From: Actinomycetota bacterium
GTDB taxonomy: Bacteria; Actinomycetota; Actinomycetes; S36-B12; UBA5976
DNA length: 64,000 nt
Assembly (NCBI GenBank): GCA_016870575.1
Contig: VGBH01000002.1
Span: 20,273-84,272, forward strand
Direction of reading: 5' to 3'
The translations under genes were made by a program, and so were the position numbers. Position 1 is the stretch's first letter. Each line of letters opens with the position of its first letter. Of this stretch, positions 51,454 through 61,552 are shown one piece after another. The notes beneath the pieces were generated by a model. That model made no database searches, was not told the DNA's origin, and worked only from the letters and a program-made list of their open reading frames with translations.

Positions 51454-51456
51454 TAA

Positions 51457-52671
51457 TTACTTCATAGCTTTCTCTAGGTTTTCAGCAATTGCAGCAAGGA
51501 AATCTTGAGTGGTTAAATATGGCTGATCTGGACTAATCAACAAGCTTAAGTCTTTTGTCATTTTGCCCTGTTCAACTGTTTGAACGCAAACTTTCTCTAA
51601 AGTTTCCGCAAACTTAGTAACATCAGCAGTTCCATCCATTTTTCCGCGGTAACTAAGTCCCTGTGTCCAAGTAAAAATCGAAGCAATTGGATTAGTAGAT
51701 GTTGGTTTACCTTGTTGATGCATTCGATAATGTCGAGTTACAGTGCCATGGGCGGCTTCAGCTTCTACCGTTTTGCCATCTGGTGTCATTAATACACTTG
51801 TCATAAGTCCTAACGAGCCAAATCCTTGCGCCACTGTGTCTGATTGAACATCTCCATCATAATTCTTACAAGCCCAGACATATCCACCTTCCCACTTTAT
51901 AGCAGCTGCAACCATGTCATCAATTAATCGATGTTCATAAGTTAAACCAGCACTCTCAAAATCTGCTTTAAACTCTGAGTCATAAGTTTCCTGGAAAATA
52001 TCTTTGAATCTGCCGTCATAAGCTTTCAGAATTGTATTTTTAGTAGAGAGATAAACAGGAAAATTTCTATTTAATCCATAACGCAATGATGCCCTTGCGA
52101 AATCTCGGATTGAGTCATCAAGGTTATACATAGCCATTGCAACACCGCCTGATGGAAAATCGAAAACATTAAGTTCCATCGGTTCAGAACCATCTGAAGG
52201 AGTAAAGGTTAAAGTTAAAGTTCCTGCAGCTGGAACTTTGATATCAGTTGCTCGATATTGATCACCAAAAGCATGTCGGCCAACAACAATTGGTTTTGTC
52301 CAGCCTGGCACTAGCCTTGGAATATTGCTGATAATTATTGGTTCTCGGAAAATAACGCCACCTAAAATATTTCTGATTGTGCCATTGGGCGATTTCCACA
52401 TCTTCTTTAAACCAATCTCTTTAACTCGAGCTTCATCAGGAGTTATAGTGGCGCACTTAACGCCTACACCATACTTCTTTATAGCGTTTGCTGAATCAAT
52501 TGTTACTTGGTCATCAGTAGCGTCGCGATGCTCAATACCCAAGTCGTAATATTTTAAGTCAATATCCAAATAAGGAAGAATCAATTGCTCTTTAATGAAC
52601 TGCCAGATTATCCTGGTCATTTCATCGCCATCTAATTCAACAACTGGATTTGCTACCTTTATTTTATTCAC
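51457..52671 (-). CDS. icd: NADP-dependent isocitrate dehydrogenase (homodimeric, eukaryote-like subfamily)
   Basis: 404 aa with a GTG start following [29 protein letters not shown] and NYDGDVQSD are typical of the ICD1 type. Confidence 0.9.
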   Translation of the reverse strand: MNKIKVANPVVELDGDEMTRIIWQFIKEQLILPYLDIDLKYYDLGIEHRDATDDQVTIDSANAIKKYGVGVKCATITPDEARVKEIGLKKMWKSPNGTIRNILGGVIFREPIIISNIPRLVPGWTKPIVVGRHAFGDQYRATDIKVPAAGTLTLTFTPSDGSEPMELNVFDFPSGGVAMAMYNLDDSIRDFARASLRYGLNRNFPVYLSTKNTILKAYDGRFKDIFQETYDSEFKADFESAGLTYEHRLIDDMVAAAIKWEGGYVWACKNYDGDVQSDTVAQGFGSLGLMTSVLMTPDGKTVEAEAAHGTVTRHYRMHQQGKPTSTNPIASIFTWTQGLSYRGKMDGTADVTKFAETLEKVCVQTVEQGKMTKDLSLLISPDQPYLTTQDFLAAIAENLEKAMK

Positions 52672-52697
52672 TTAACTCTCCTATTAACTTAAATTTG

Positions 52698-53657
52698 CTA
52701 AAGTGATTGAACATCGGCCTGCTTGCTTCGGACAGCTTCTGCCGCAACTAGCAAATCTGCTTTTTCATTTGCAGTTAGTTGAGTTTCAACTACTTGCTCA
52801 ATACCATTTCGACCAATTTTTGCTTCAACTCCAAGATAAACTCCTGAAATTCCGTACTCACCATCAACCCAAGCACAAACCGGCATAACCGTTTTGGAAT
52901 CTTCAATAACCGCTTTCGCCATTCTGGCAGCAGCAGCTGAAGGAGCGTAATACGCAGATCCAGTCTTAAGTAGCGCAACTATTTCTGCGCCACCATTTCT
53001 CGTTCGAGTTACAAGTTCATCAATTTTCTCAGCTGATAGTAATTCGCTTAATGGCTTTCCATTTACTAAGCATCTAGATGGGACAGGAACCATTGTGTCA
53101 CCATGTGAACCTAAAGTTAACGTCTGTACGCTGCCAACTGGAACATTTAATGCTTCAGCAACAAAATATGTAAACCTCGCAGTATCTAACATTCCTGCTT
53201 GCCCAATAACCTTATGCTTTACAAATCCAGTAGCAAGTTGAGTAAGAGCAGTCATTTCATCTAGTGGATTAGACACCACAATAACTACCGCATTTGGTGC
53301 GTGCTTTGCGATCTGCTCTGCCACCGATCTAACAATTTTTGCATTTACTTCTATCAAATCCATTCGACTCATACCAGGTTTACGAGGTAATCCAGCTGTT
53401 ATCACCACAACATCTGAACCTGCTATTACTTCGTATCCTGCGCCATCTGCGGTGGTTGTTTGACCAACAACTAAAGTTTCAAAACCTTCAATCCCACGAG
53501 ACTGATTCATATCAAGCGCAAGACCTTCTGCTTTGCCTTCCAAAATGTCAGTAAGTACGACTTTTTCAAAAATGTCATATTCTGCCAACCGCAATGCGGT
53601 AGTAGAGCCATAAAAGCCAGCACCAATTACCGAGACAACGCCTGAGCGAGCCATCAA
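52698..53657 (-). CDS. mdh: malate dehydrogenase (LDH-like family)
   Basis: 319 aa with VIGAGFYGSTTAL, ITAGLPRKPGMSR, VSNPLD and GSHGDTMVP. Confidence 0.88.
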   Translation of the reverse strand: MMARSGVVSVIGAGFYGSTTALRLAEYDIFEKVVLTDILEGKAEGLALDMNQSRGIEGFETLVVGQTTTADGAGYEVIAGSDVVVITAGLPRKPGMSRMDLIEVNAKIVRSVAEQIAKHAPNAVVIVVSNPLDEMTALTQLATGFVKHKVIGQAGMLDTARFTYFVAEALNVPVGSVQTLTLGSHGDTMVPVPSRCLVNGKPLSELLSAEKIDELVTRTRNGGAEIVALLKTGSAYYAPSAAAARMAKAVIEDSKTVMPVCAWVDGEYGISGVYLGVEAKIGRNGIEQVVETQLTANEKADLLVAAEAVRSKQADVQSL

Positions 53658-53723
53658 TTTCCTCCACTTTTTGGATAATTTAGATGCTTAAGCATACTGG
53701 CCAACAGCTTCATCTCTCAGTAC

Positions 53724-53984
53724 TTATCCAGTTGGAAGCACAATTGCGAGCACGGTAAGTAAGATGGTGAACACCATATAGATTGCAATATCCACAGACC
53801 TACTTCTGACATGCAGCAATTTATCTTGCACGCCCATTGCTCGAGCCGCTGCCAAACTAAAGGCAGCAGCGGCAAAAACAAAGACACCTAACTGAAATAG
53901 ATCAGCCAAAATAAGTGACACTGCAACACCACTTAATGTTAAAACAATAGTCCAAATCAAATGTGTTCTTAACCAAGTAATCAT
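53724..53984 (-). CDS. small membrane protein downstream of folD (DUF3017-like)
   Basis: 86 aa with 2-3 TM helices and an ATGA overlap with folD. A small membrane protein occupies the same position in Mtb (Rv3355c). Confidence 0.5.
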   Translation of the reverse strand: MITWLRTHLIWTIVLTLSGVAVSLILADLFQLGVFVFAAAAFSLAAARAMGVQDKLLHVRSRSVDIAIYMVFTILLTVLAIVLPTG

Positions 53985-54814
53985 TGTCTTTCCGCTGCCT
54001 CAACAACATTGGTTAACAGCATTGCCCGAGTCATTGGACCAACACCACCAGGGACTGGCGCGTGCCATGAGCTTTTTGCAATTGCACCCTCGGAAATGTC
54101 ACCAATCAGACCAGATTTACCCCGAGAAATTCCTACATCTACTAAAACTGCACCAGACTTAATCCAATCAGCTTTCACCATTCCTGGATTGCCAGCCGCA
54201 GCAATCACCACATCAGCAGTTTTGGTGTAGTGAGATATGTCTGGTGTTCCGGTATGACACAAAACAACTGTTGCATTTTCTGATTTTCGAGTAAGTAAGA
54301 GACCAAGAGGTCTACCAACCGTAGTGCCTCGCCCAATTACAACTACTTCTTTTCCAGCAACTGAGATATTGTGATGGCGAAGTAGTTCAATAATTCCGCG
54401 CGGGGTGCAAGGCAGCGCTCCGGCGATTCCAAGAACTAAATTGCCCAAGTTGACCGGGTGTAACCCATCAGCGTCCTTTTCTGGACTTATCGCTGCCAAT
54501 ATCCGTCCAGTATCAATCACTCCTGGCAGCGGAAGTTGAACAATCATTCCAGTGCATGACAGATCTTCATTTAATTTATAGATCTCACTTAGTAATTCAG
54601 TTTCAGAAATAGTGGCTGGCAATTCAACTCTAAGTGATGCAATACCAACTTCAGCACAATCACGATGCTTACCGCTAACGTATGAATAGCTAGCCGGATC
54701 GTTTCCTACCAAGATAGTTGCCAAACCAGGCTGATGCGACAATCTATTAACACGATGAGCTAGATCAAGTCGGATTTGTGCAGCGAGTTTTTTGCCATCA
54801 AGTTTTTTACTCAT
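53981..54814 (-). CDS. folD: bifunctional methylenetetrahydrofolate dehydrogenase/methenyltetrahydrofolate cyclohydrolase
   Basis: 277 aa with [20 protein letters not shown] and [10 protein letters not shown]. Confidence 0.9.
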   Translation of the reverse strand: MSKKLDGKKLAAQIRLDLAHRVNRLSHQPGLATILVGNDPASYSYVSGKHRDCAEVGIASLRVELPATISETELLSEIYKLNEDLSCTGMIVQLPLPGVIDTGRILAAISPEKDADGLHPVNLGNLVLGIAGALPCTPRGIIELLRHHNISVAGKEVVVIGRGTTVGRPLGLLLTRKSENATVVLCHTGTPDISHYTKTADVVIAAAGNPGMVKADWIKSGAVLVDVGISRGKSGLIGDISEGAIAKSSWHAPVPGGVGPMTRAMLLTNVVEAAERQ

Positions 54815-54825
54815 ATTCCATCACC

Positions 54826-56349
54826 TCAATGCCAAAAATGTCTTACGCCAGTTAAATACATTGTGATGCCCGCCTGCTGTGCAGCTTCAATAACCTCGGC
54901 ATCCCTAACAGATCCTCCAGGTTGGACGATGGCTTTCACTCCCGCTGCAATTAATTCTTTCACACCATCTTCAAATGGAAAGAAAGCATCGCTCGCCGCA
55001 ACTGTACCCGTTACTCGATTGCCAGCTCGACTAACAGCTAACCTAACTGAATCCACTCGATTTACTTGTCCCATACCAATTCCAACAGTAGACAATCCTC
55101 TTGCCAAAACAATCGCATTTGATTTAACTGCGCGAACACAACGCCACGCAAAACTCAAATCTTGCAATTGTTCATCCGTGGCTACTTCGCCGGAAACTAA
55201 TTTCCAATTTTCAGGCTGATCACCCAGATTGTGATAACTATCAGTTTCCTGCTTCAAGAAACCACCAGTGATAAATTTAAATTCACTTTGCTCAGCGCTG
55301 GAATCAACTTGCAATAGCCTCAGATTCTTTTTAGTTGAGAATATATTTAACGCTTCTTTTGAGAATTTTGGTGAAACAATCACTTCAGTAAAAATGTCTA
55401 CATTTGCAGTTGCAAATGATTCATCAATTTCAAAATTGCTCGCAATCACTGAACCAAAAGCTGATACTGGATCACATTCATGTGCTTTTTTATATGCTTC
55501 GTAAATTGAATTAGCAGAGGCGATTCCTGAAGGATTAGTGTGTTTGATTATTGCAACTGTTGGCAGCAGATGATCATTTACTGCTCGCCAGGCTGCATCT
55601 GCATCAACAAAGTTATTGAATGAGAGCTCTTTTCCTTGCAACTGTTTGGCCGCAGCAATTCCTACTGCTGATGTTCTATATAGAGTTGCTTTTTGTTGTG
55701 GATTTTCACCATAACGTAAATCCTGAACCTTTACACCAGAAACAAATAATTGCTCTTGATCTGGATTAACAAACCAACTGGCAACTGTTTGGTCGTAATT
55801 TGCAGTGTGTGCAAATACCTCTTTAGCTAACCTAAGTCGGGTCTCATAATCAATAGCACCATCTACCAAATCTTCAAGAACAAATTGGTACTGCTTTGGA
55901 TTTGTAACTACAGCAATGCTAGCAAAATTCTTTGCAGCGCCTCTGACCATTGCAGGTCCACCTATATCGATGTTTTCAATTGAAGTTGCAAAATCCGCCC
56001 CTTTTGCAACGGTTTGTTCGAATGGGTACAGGTTAATAACCACCAAATCAAAAGTTGCAATTCCAAACTCAGCTAATTGCGCTAAATGTTTAGGATTTGA
56101 TTTATCTGCAAGAATTCCAGCATGTATCTTAGGATGCAGTGTCTTTACGCGGCCATCTAGCATTTCTGGCACTTGAGTTAACTCTGAAACTTCCGTTACT
56201 GGGTATCCCAGTTCACGAATCATCTTCGCAGTATTTCCAGTTGAAATTAACTCCACACCAAGTTCAGCAAGCCGCGTTACCAATTTCTCTAAATCTGCTT
56301 TATCGGAGACTGAAATCAAGGCACGCTTTATTGTTAGTTTTGAAATCAT
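54826..56349 (-). CDS. purH: bifunctional AICAR transformylase / IMP cyclohydrolase
   Basis: I prefer ATG 56349 (MISKLTIKRALISVSDK), which overlaps the purN stop by 1 nt. The C-terminus reads MYLTGVRHFWH. Confidence 0.9.
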   Translation of the reverse strand: MISKLTIKRALISVSDKADLEKLVTRLAELGVELISTGNTAKMIRELGYPVTEVSELTQVPEMLDGRVKTLHPKIHAGILADKSNPKHLAQLAEFGIATFDLVVINLYPFEQTVAKGADFATSIENIDIGGPAMVRGAAKNFASIAVVTNPKQYQFVLEDLVDGAIDYETRLRLAKEVFAHTANYDQTVASWFVNPDQEQLFVSGVKVQDLRYGENPQQKATLYRTSAVGIAAAKQLQGKELSFNNFVDADAAWRAVNDHLLPTVAIIKHTNPSGIASANSIYEAYKKAHECDPVSAFGSVIASNFEIDESFATANVDIFTEVIVSPKFSKEALNIFSTKKNLRLLQVDSSAEQSEFKFITGGFLKQETDSYHNLGDQPENWKLVSGEVATDEQLQDLSFAWRCVRAVKSNAIVLARGLSTVGIGMGQVNRVDSVRLAVSRAGNRVTGTVAASDAFFPFEDGVKELIAAGVKAIVQPGGSVRDAEVIEAAQQAGITMYLTGVRHFWH

Positions 56350-56927
56350 TAGTGAAGTCCTGCCCAAATGTCTTCCTGTAGGCATAACTTAACCACAACT
56401 TGGGTTAATTGAATACGTTCAACCATCTTTATCCGCTCATGCAGACTCTGAACACTGTCATTTGGATACACAGGCACACTTTGCTGAGCAAGAATCTTTC
56501 CACTATCAACTCCAGCATCAATAAAATGAACTGTTGCTCCAGTTTTCTCAACTCCAGCAGCAAGTGCATCTGCAACGGCATGAGCTCCCGGAAAGTTCGG
56601 CAATAATGATGGATGCGAATTTATTGTTGGAACAACTTCAAACAAGTCAGATCGAATAATCCGCATAAATCCCGCCGATACAACTAAGTCTGGATTAAAG
56701 CCTAAAACCGTATCTTTTAGGTGCTGCTGCCATTGATTATCTTGCGACTTTTGAAAGCTTATTGCGATTTCAGTAATTCCCGCTTGCCGTGCTCGCTCAA
56801 TTGCAAAACATTTTGGCTTATCGCTAACTACTGCAACTATCTCATATTGATTACCTCGCTCTGGTGCATCAATAAGAGCTTGTAGCAAACTTCCATTCCC
56901 AGAAGCGAGCACTACTACTTTACGCAT
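56349..56927 (-). CDS. purN: phosphoribosylglycinamide formyltransferase
   Basis: 192 aa with VLASGNGS and INSHPSLLP motifs. Confidence 0.88.
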   Translation of the reverse strand: MRKVVVLASGNGSLLQALIDAPERGNQYEIVAVVSDKPKCFAIERARQAGITEIAISFQKSQDNQWQQHLKDTVLGFNPDLVVSAGFMRIIRSDLFEVVPTINSHPSLLPNFPGAHAVADALAAGVEKTGATVHFIDAGVDSGKILAQQSVPVYPNDSVQSLHERIKMVERIQLTQVVVKLCLQEDIWAGLH

Positions 56928-58089
56928 TTGATTCTTTCTGCTTTCGATTACTAATCCATAGTCTTATGCCATCAAGTATGAGTATTAGTACAAATACCGG
57001 CGCGATTGTTACGGATACTCCACCAATCATCGGAAACCACTGCGGTCCAAAAACTTCTAACCGGCCAGGCCCAATCGCACCTCCGCCAATCAAGCTCAGT
57101 GACACCGCAACTAAAGCAATCACAACTAGCGCAGAAAGAGTATTGGTAAATAAAATTCTATAACTTAAATTGTGTAATGACCACCACATCAAAGTTGCCA
57201 CTAAAGTAGAAATTAAAACTGGAATCAACAACACAAACCAACCATTCTCAGGTGAAGTTTCTGGAAGTGCAGCCAACCAAGGAAGAGCGGGCAGTGCGGT
57301 TTGATCAATTACAGCAAAAGATGCTGCAGAATCAATGCCAGTAGAAACTCCAGGACCTAACAGCCAGGCATATCCCCAGATTATGGCAATTGGCAGATAC
57401 CCCAATGTAAGTATCCAAGTCAAGAATTTTTCGCTGTTGGTATCAGCTACTGATGCCACAATTTCGATAGCACTACTTAAATTAAGCCCAAATCTAATCA
57501 ACACCAGCAGCAAGCCTGCAACAATCAACGCAGTTGAGATTATCAACCCGGCTCGAACCCCGGTTTTTATACTTTGATGCAATGAAACATTAGGTCTGCC
57601 ATAAACTCTTAAAGCACCTATCAGCACTGCTAGCACAGAAATGGAGGCAACAATTAGTGGTGTTAATACTGGTGAAATTGAAATCACTTCATCACTGACT
57701 AACCAAGCTAGCAAAAAACTAAGAAGTGTATTTACAGAAGTGATTGAAACTATAACTAAAATTAAACTTGATTTAGAATACGGAGCAATTCGAAAAATAC
57801 GAATTGAAACTCGGCGTAGTATGAAAATTGGAAATAGCACGGCCAAAATAGGCAACACATCCACTTGCACAGAAGTAATTGTTACTGGTGTGCCGTGACT
57901 GATTGGCCAGGCCAAAAAGGAAGTTCTAATTGCTGAAGTAAGTGAACCAGCGCCAGAAGCACCAAGAATCCAAACGATTAAAACGGGTAGCGCGGACATA
58001 AAAATTCCAAAAGCGCTCGCCCATAAGGTTGAAATAATTGTGGGAATTATCAGATCACGAGGATTAATCGCAGGATCTGACGATGTCAT
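56920..58089 (-). CDS. polytopic integral membrane protein (Rv0955/PerM-like by position)
   Basis: 389 aa with about 10 hydrophobic helices. It lies between sucD and purN, as in Mtb Rv0952-Rv0955-Rv0956. Confidence 0.55.
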   Translation of the reverse strand: MTSSDPAINPRDLIIPTIISTLWASAFGIFMSALPVLIVWILGASGAGSLTSAIRTSFLAWPISHGTPVTITSVQVDVLPILAVLFPIFILRRVSIRIFRIAPYSKSSLILVIVSITSVNTLLSFLLAWLVSDEVISISPVLTPLIVASISVLAVLIGALRVYGRPNVSLHQSIKTGVRAGLIISTALIVAGLLLVLIRFGLNLSSAIEIVASVADTNSEKFLTWILTLGYLPIAIIWGYAWLLGPGVSTGIDSAASFAVIDQTALPALPWLAALPETSPENGWFVLLIPVLISTLVATLMWWSLHNLSYRILFTNTLSALVVIALVAVSLSLIGGGAIGPGRLEVFGPQWFPMIGGVSVTIAPVFVLILILDGIRLWISNRKQKESNA

Positions 58090-58091
58090 TG

Positions 58092-58979
58092 CTACTTCAG
58101 GTTTTTCATAATTTGCCGCATCAACTCTGCCGTTTGTGACGGAGTCTTTCCGACTTTTACACCAACAGCTTCAAGTGCATCTTGTTTTGCTTGCGCAGTA
58201 CCGGCAGAACCAGAAACAATCGCACCGGCATGCCCCATTGTTTTGCCTTCCGGAGCAGTAAATCCAGCAACGTAGCCAACAACTGGTTTAGTTACATTAT
58301 CTTTAATAAATACTGCTGCTCGCTCTTCAGCATCACCTCCGATTTCGCCAATCATCACAATTGCATCAGTTTCGGGATCTTCTTCAAAAGCCTTCAAGCA
58401 ATCAATGTGCGTTGTTCCAATAATTGGATCGCCACCAATTCCTACTGCTGTAGAAAAACCAATATCACGCAGTTCATACATCATCTGATATGTGAGTGTG
58501 CCAGATTTGCTGACTAAACCGATTCGACCTTTCTTAGTAATGTCAGCAGGAATAATGCCGGCATTTGATTCACCAGGACTGATAACTCCTGGACAGTTAG
58601 GGCCAATTAATCTTGTTATTCCAGAATTCAGTGCTTGATTAACGAAAATCACACTGTCATGAACTGGGATTCCTTCTGTGATCACCACACATAATTCAAT
58701 CTTTGCAGAAATTGCTTCCATCACCGCAGCTTTAGCGAATTTTGGCGGCACAAAAATTACTGATACATTCGCACCAGTTGCAGCCATCGCCTCAGCTACG
58801 GAATTAAAAACTGGAACTGAAGTGCCATCAAAATCAACTGATTGACCGCCTTTATTTGGCGTTACTCCTGCTACAACTTTTGCTCCTGATTTCAACAAAC
58901 GACTGGTGTGCTTTGTGCCTTCAATACCAGTCATACCTTGAACCAAAATCTTGGAATTCGAATTTAAGAAAATTGACAC
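58092..58979 (-). CDS. sucD: succinyl-CoA synthetase alpha subunit
   Basis: 295 aa with VQGMTG, the phosphohistidine region MGHAGAIV, and GPNCPG. Confidence 0.92.
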   Translation of the reverse strand: MSIFLNSNSKILVQGMTGIEGTKHTSRLLKSGAKVVAGVTPNKGGQSVDFDGTSVPVFNSVAEAMAATGANVSVIFVPPKFAKAAVMEAISAKIELCVVITEGIPVHDSVIFVNQALNSGITRLIGPNCPGVISPGESNAGIIPADITKKGRIGLVSKSGTLTYQMMYELRDIGFSTAVGIGGDPIIGTTHIDCLKAFEEDPETDAIVMIGEIGGDAEERAAVFIKDNVTKPVVGYVAGFTAPEGKTMGHAGAIVSGSAGTAQAKQDALEAVGVKVGKTPSQTAELMRQIMKNLK

Positions 58980-58991
58980 TGTTTTCTTCCC

Positions 58992-60167
58992 TTACTTACC
59001 AGCTGCTAATTGCGCAACTAGTCGCGCGCCTTCATCCATCGTTTTGGCCATATGTATACCTGAAATTGCGGCATCACTAAGAATTTTTCGACCAGCTTCA
59101 GCATTGTTTCCATCTAATCTCACAACAAGTGGAACTGAAATTGACTTACCTTGCTTAGTTAACAAATCAACAGCCTGCACAATCCCGTTTGCGACAGCAT
59201 CACATGCAGTAATGCCACCAAATACATTTACAAACACAGACCTCACGGCTGGATCGCTCAAAATAATGTTTAATCCATTAGCCATGACTTCAGCAGATGC
59301 GCCACCACCAATATCTAAAAAGTTAGCAGGTTTCATACCGCCGAATTCTTCACCAGCATAAGCAACCACATCTAGTGTGCTCATTACTAATCCAGCACCA
59401 TTTCCGATAATGCCAACTTCACCAGTTAACTTCACATAATTCAAATCTTTTTCTTTTGCCGCAGCTTCCAGCGGATCTTCTATACTTTTATCAACTAAAG
59501 CAGCGTGATCTGCTTGGCGAAATGCAGCATTGTCATCCAGCGAAACTTTGCCATCGAGTGCAACAACTTGACCAGATGGAGTTAGTACCAGCGGATTTAC
59601 TTCAACCAGTGTGGCATCTTCAGCAACAAATACTTTCCACATCGCTTGCAACATTTCAACTACTTGATTTTGAATTTCACTTGGAAACTTCGCAGCTTGA
59701 GCAATTTTAAATGCAACTTCCTTTGTAACTCCCGTGCTTGCTGAAATTGGAATCTTGGCTAGCGCATCTGGATTTGTTGCAGCAACTTCTTCAATCTCAA
59801 CTCCACCCTCAACACTAGCCATTGCTAAGAAGGTACGGTTAGATCTATCTAGTAAAAACGAAACATAAAATTCTTTTGCAATATCTTCAGCAGGCGTGAC
59901 TAAGACTTGTCGAACTTGATGCCCTTTAATATTGAGTTTCAAGATATCGCTTGCGCGTTCAGCGGCTTCTTGTGGTGTTTTAGCTAATTTAACTCCACCT
60001 GCTTTGCCGCGCCCACCAACTTTTACCTGAGCTTTCACTACAACTAATCCACCAAATTTTTCAGCTGCTGCTTGCGCTGTTGCTGGTGTGGTTACTACTT
60101 CACCTACTTGCGTTTTCACTCCATGTTTTGCAAACAGTTGCTTCGCTTGAAACTCATAGAGATCCAC
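58992..60167 (-). CDS. sucC: succinyl-CoA synthetase beta subunit
   Basis: 391 aa with a GTG start, the [10 protein letters not shown]-terminus, and an ATP-grasp domain. Confidence 0.92.
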   Translation of the reverse strand: MDLYEFQAKQLFAKHGVKTQVGEVVTTPATAQAAAEKFGGLVVVKAQVKVGGRGKAGGVKLAKTPQEAAERASDILKLNIKGHQVRQVLVTPAEDIAKEFYVSFLLDRSNRTFLAMASVEGGVEIEEVAATNPDALAKIPISASTGVTKEVAFKIAQAAKFPSEIQNQVVEMLQAMWKVFVAEDATLVEVNPLVLTPSGQVVALDGKVSLDDNAAFRQADHAALVDKSIEDPLEAAAKEKDLNYVKLTGEVGIIGNGAGLVMSTLDVVAYAGEEFGGMKPANFLDIGGGASAEVMANGLNIILSDPAVRSVFVNVFGGITACDAVANGIVQAVDLLTKQGKSISVPLVVRLDGNNAEAGRKILSDAAISGIHMAKTMDEGARLVAQLAAGK

Positions 60168-60191
60168 GCAGATTCACCCTTTCTAAAATTT

Positions 60192-60587
60192 TTAATTGCT
60201 ATTTTTTTCTGATAAATCATTTAACCACCGAACAATACTTTCAATTGGTGTACCGGGAGTGAATACCGCAGAAACTCCGAGTTTCGTTAGCTCAACAACA
60301 TCAGCCTCCGGAATGATGCCACCAACAAAAACTGCAATATCTTCGGCAGCTGATTTTGCGAGCAATTCAATAACTTCTGGCACCAAGGTCATATGAGCGC
60401 CTGAAAGTACAGACAAACCAACTGCAAGTGCATCCTCTGCAACTGCGGTCGCAGCAATCTGGGCTGGGGTTTGATGCAACCCGGTATAAATGACTTCGTG
60501 TCCTGCGTCGCGAAGGCCTCGGGCAATAATCTTGGCTCCCCGATCGTGGCCATCAAGCCCCGGTTTCGCAATTACCACTCGCGCCAT
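60192..60587 (-). CDS. methylmalonyl-CoA mutase small subunit (stand-alone cobalamin-binding domain)
   Basis: 131 aa. KPGLDGHDRGAKIIA contains the DxHxxG B12-binding motif, and SGAH...GG follows. Confidence 0.85.
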   Translation of the reverse strand: MARVVIAKPGLDGHDRGAKIIARGLRDAGHEVIYTGLHQTPAQIAATAVAEDALAVGLSVLSGAHMTLVPEVIELLAKSAAEDIAVFVGGIIPEADVVELTKLGVSAVFTPGTPIESIVRWLNDLSEKNSN

Positions 60588-60772
60588 TTGATAATCCTAG
60601 GGCGGGTCCACCCACGCGTAGATTCAAGGTAATGCGGTCTATGCCACTCAATCTATCCACAGTCCGTCCACAGAAAGGGTGCCCCCGGATTTCACCCCCT
60701 CAGCCAAATAGGGTATTCTTAAAGTTACCTGAAAGCGCCCACCGGGCAAAACCGACCGCTGGAGGAAACCAC
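60588..60772. promoter_or_regulatory. 185-bp divergent intergenic region, visibly G+C-rich; candidate promoters, operators and/or a structured leader
   Basis: This is the longest non-coding stretch in the window. It contains the C/G-rich blocks GGGCGGGTCCACCCACGCG, GGGTGCCCCCGGATTTCACCCCC and GCCCACCGGGC, and a TCCACAG direct repeat. Confidence 0.35.
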
Positions 60773-61552
60773 GTGAGAGCATCACGCGCGTTCAAAGTTG
60801 TATCTGCTCCAATCGCAATAGCGGCTTTATTGGCGACCTCAATTTCGGCTACCTCACTCGCAGGAGCAAAGAATCTGGAAGCAAAAGAAATTGCAGCTGC
60901 TATGGATCGACTTGAGGCCACCCGACTTAGTCCAGTTACAGTTGCAGCGGAAACAGATCAGGACTTGGCACTGGCTCGTGCGGTAGAACAAACAACTCGC
61001 TCGCTGGTTCGCCAACAACGAAAACTTACTAAGATGGCCAAGATTGAGGCCAAAGAGCGAAAAGCAGAACTAGCTAGACTGGCAGCCGAGCGATTGATGC
61101 GTGAGTCGCGAGCAATGCAATTCAAGATTGTTATTCCACCAAACCTAAATCTTCCAGCAACCTTCACTTCACCTAAACGCAATCCGCTGCCAGGAACTCG
61201 CACAACAGCGTATTTCGGTCAGCGCGGCTGGCGCTGGCATGGCGGAGTACATACTGGTTTGGATTTTGATGGCTACTACGGCCAATCAGTTAAAGCAGCT
61301 GCCGATGGTGTTGTGATTGCACGAGGTTGGGATGGTTCTTACGGGTACAGTGTGTTGATTGCGCACGGTGGACAAGTTACAACTCGTTATGCACATCTTT
61401 CTAGTATTGCAGTTTCAGTAGGAGATCGAGTAAAAGCTGGTGAACATATTGGAAAAGTCGGCGCAACTGGAAATGCAACTGGCACTCACCTGCATTTTGA
61501 AGTGGCTATAAAGGATCGATTCGTTAATCCGTTTGATTGGTTGCGCAGTTAA
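60773..61552 (+). CDS. secreted M23-family (LytM-type) peptidoglycan metalloendopeptidase
   Basis: I prefer GTG 60773, which follows GGAGGAAA, giving the signal peptide VRASRAFKVVSAPIAIAALLATSISATSLAGA. The zinc motifs are HTGLDFDG (HxxxD) and GTHLHFEV (HxH). Confidence 0.85.
   Translation: MRASRAFKVVSAPIAIAALLATSISATSLAGAKNLEAKEIAAAMDRLEATRLSPVTVAAETDQDLALARAVEQTTRSLVRQQRKLTKMAKIEAKERKAELARLAAERLMRESRAMQFKIVIPPNLNLPATFTSPKRNPLPGTRTTAYFGQRGWRWHGGVHTGLDFDGYYGQSVKAAADGVVIARGWDGSYGYSVLIAHGGQVTTRYAHLSSIAVSVGDRVKAGEHIGKVGATGNATGTHLHFEVAIKDRFVNPFDWLRS

Noticed and set aside
53684-53695. Perfect 12-bp palindrome ATGCTTAAGCAT about 30 nt upstream of the mdh start.
   Set aside because: It has no loop, so it is not a hairpin. 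About 16 perfect 12-bp palindromes are expected by chance in 64 kb, so this one is not significant on its own.
60632-60772. 47-codon N-terminal extension of the M23 peptidase ORF (MRSMPLNLSTVRPQKGCPRISPP...).
   Set aside because: It is Pro/Arg-rich, non-protein-like sequence placed before a canonical signal peptide. GTG 60773 has a GGAGGAAA site upstream. I treat the segment as non-coding.
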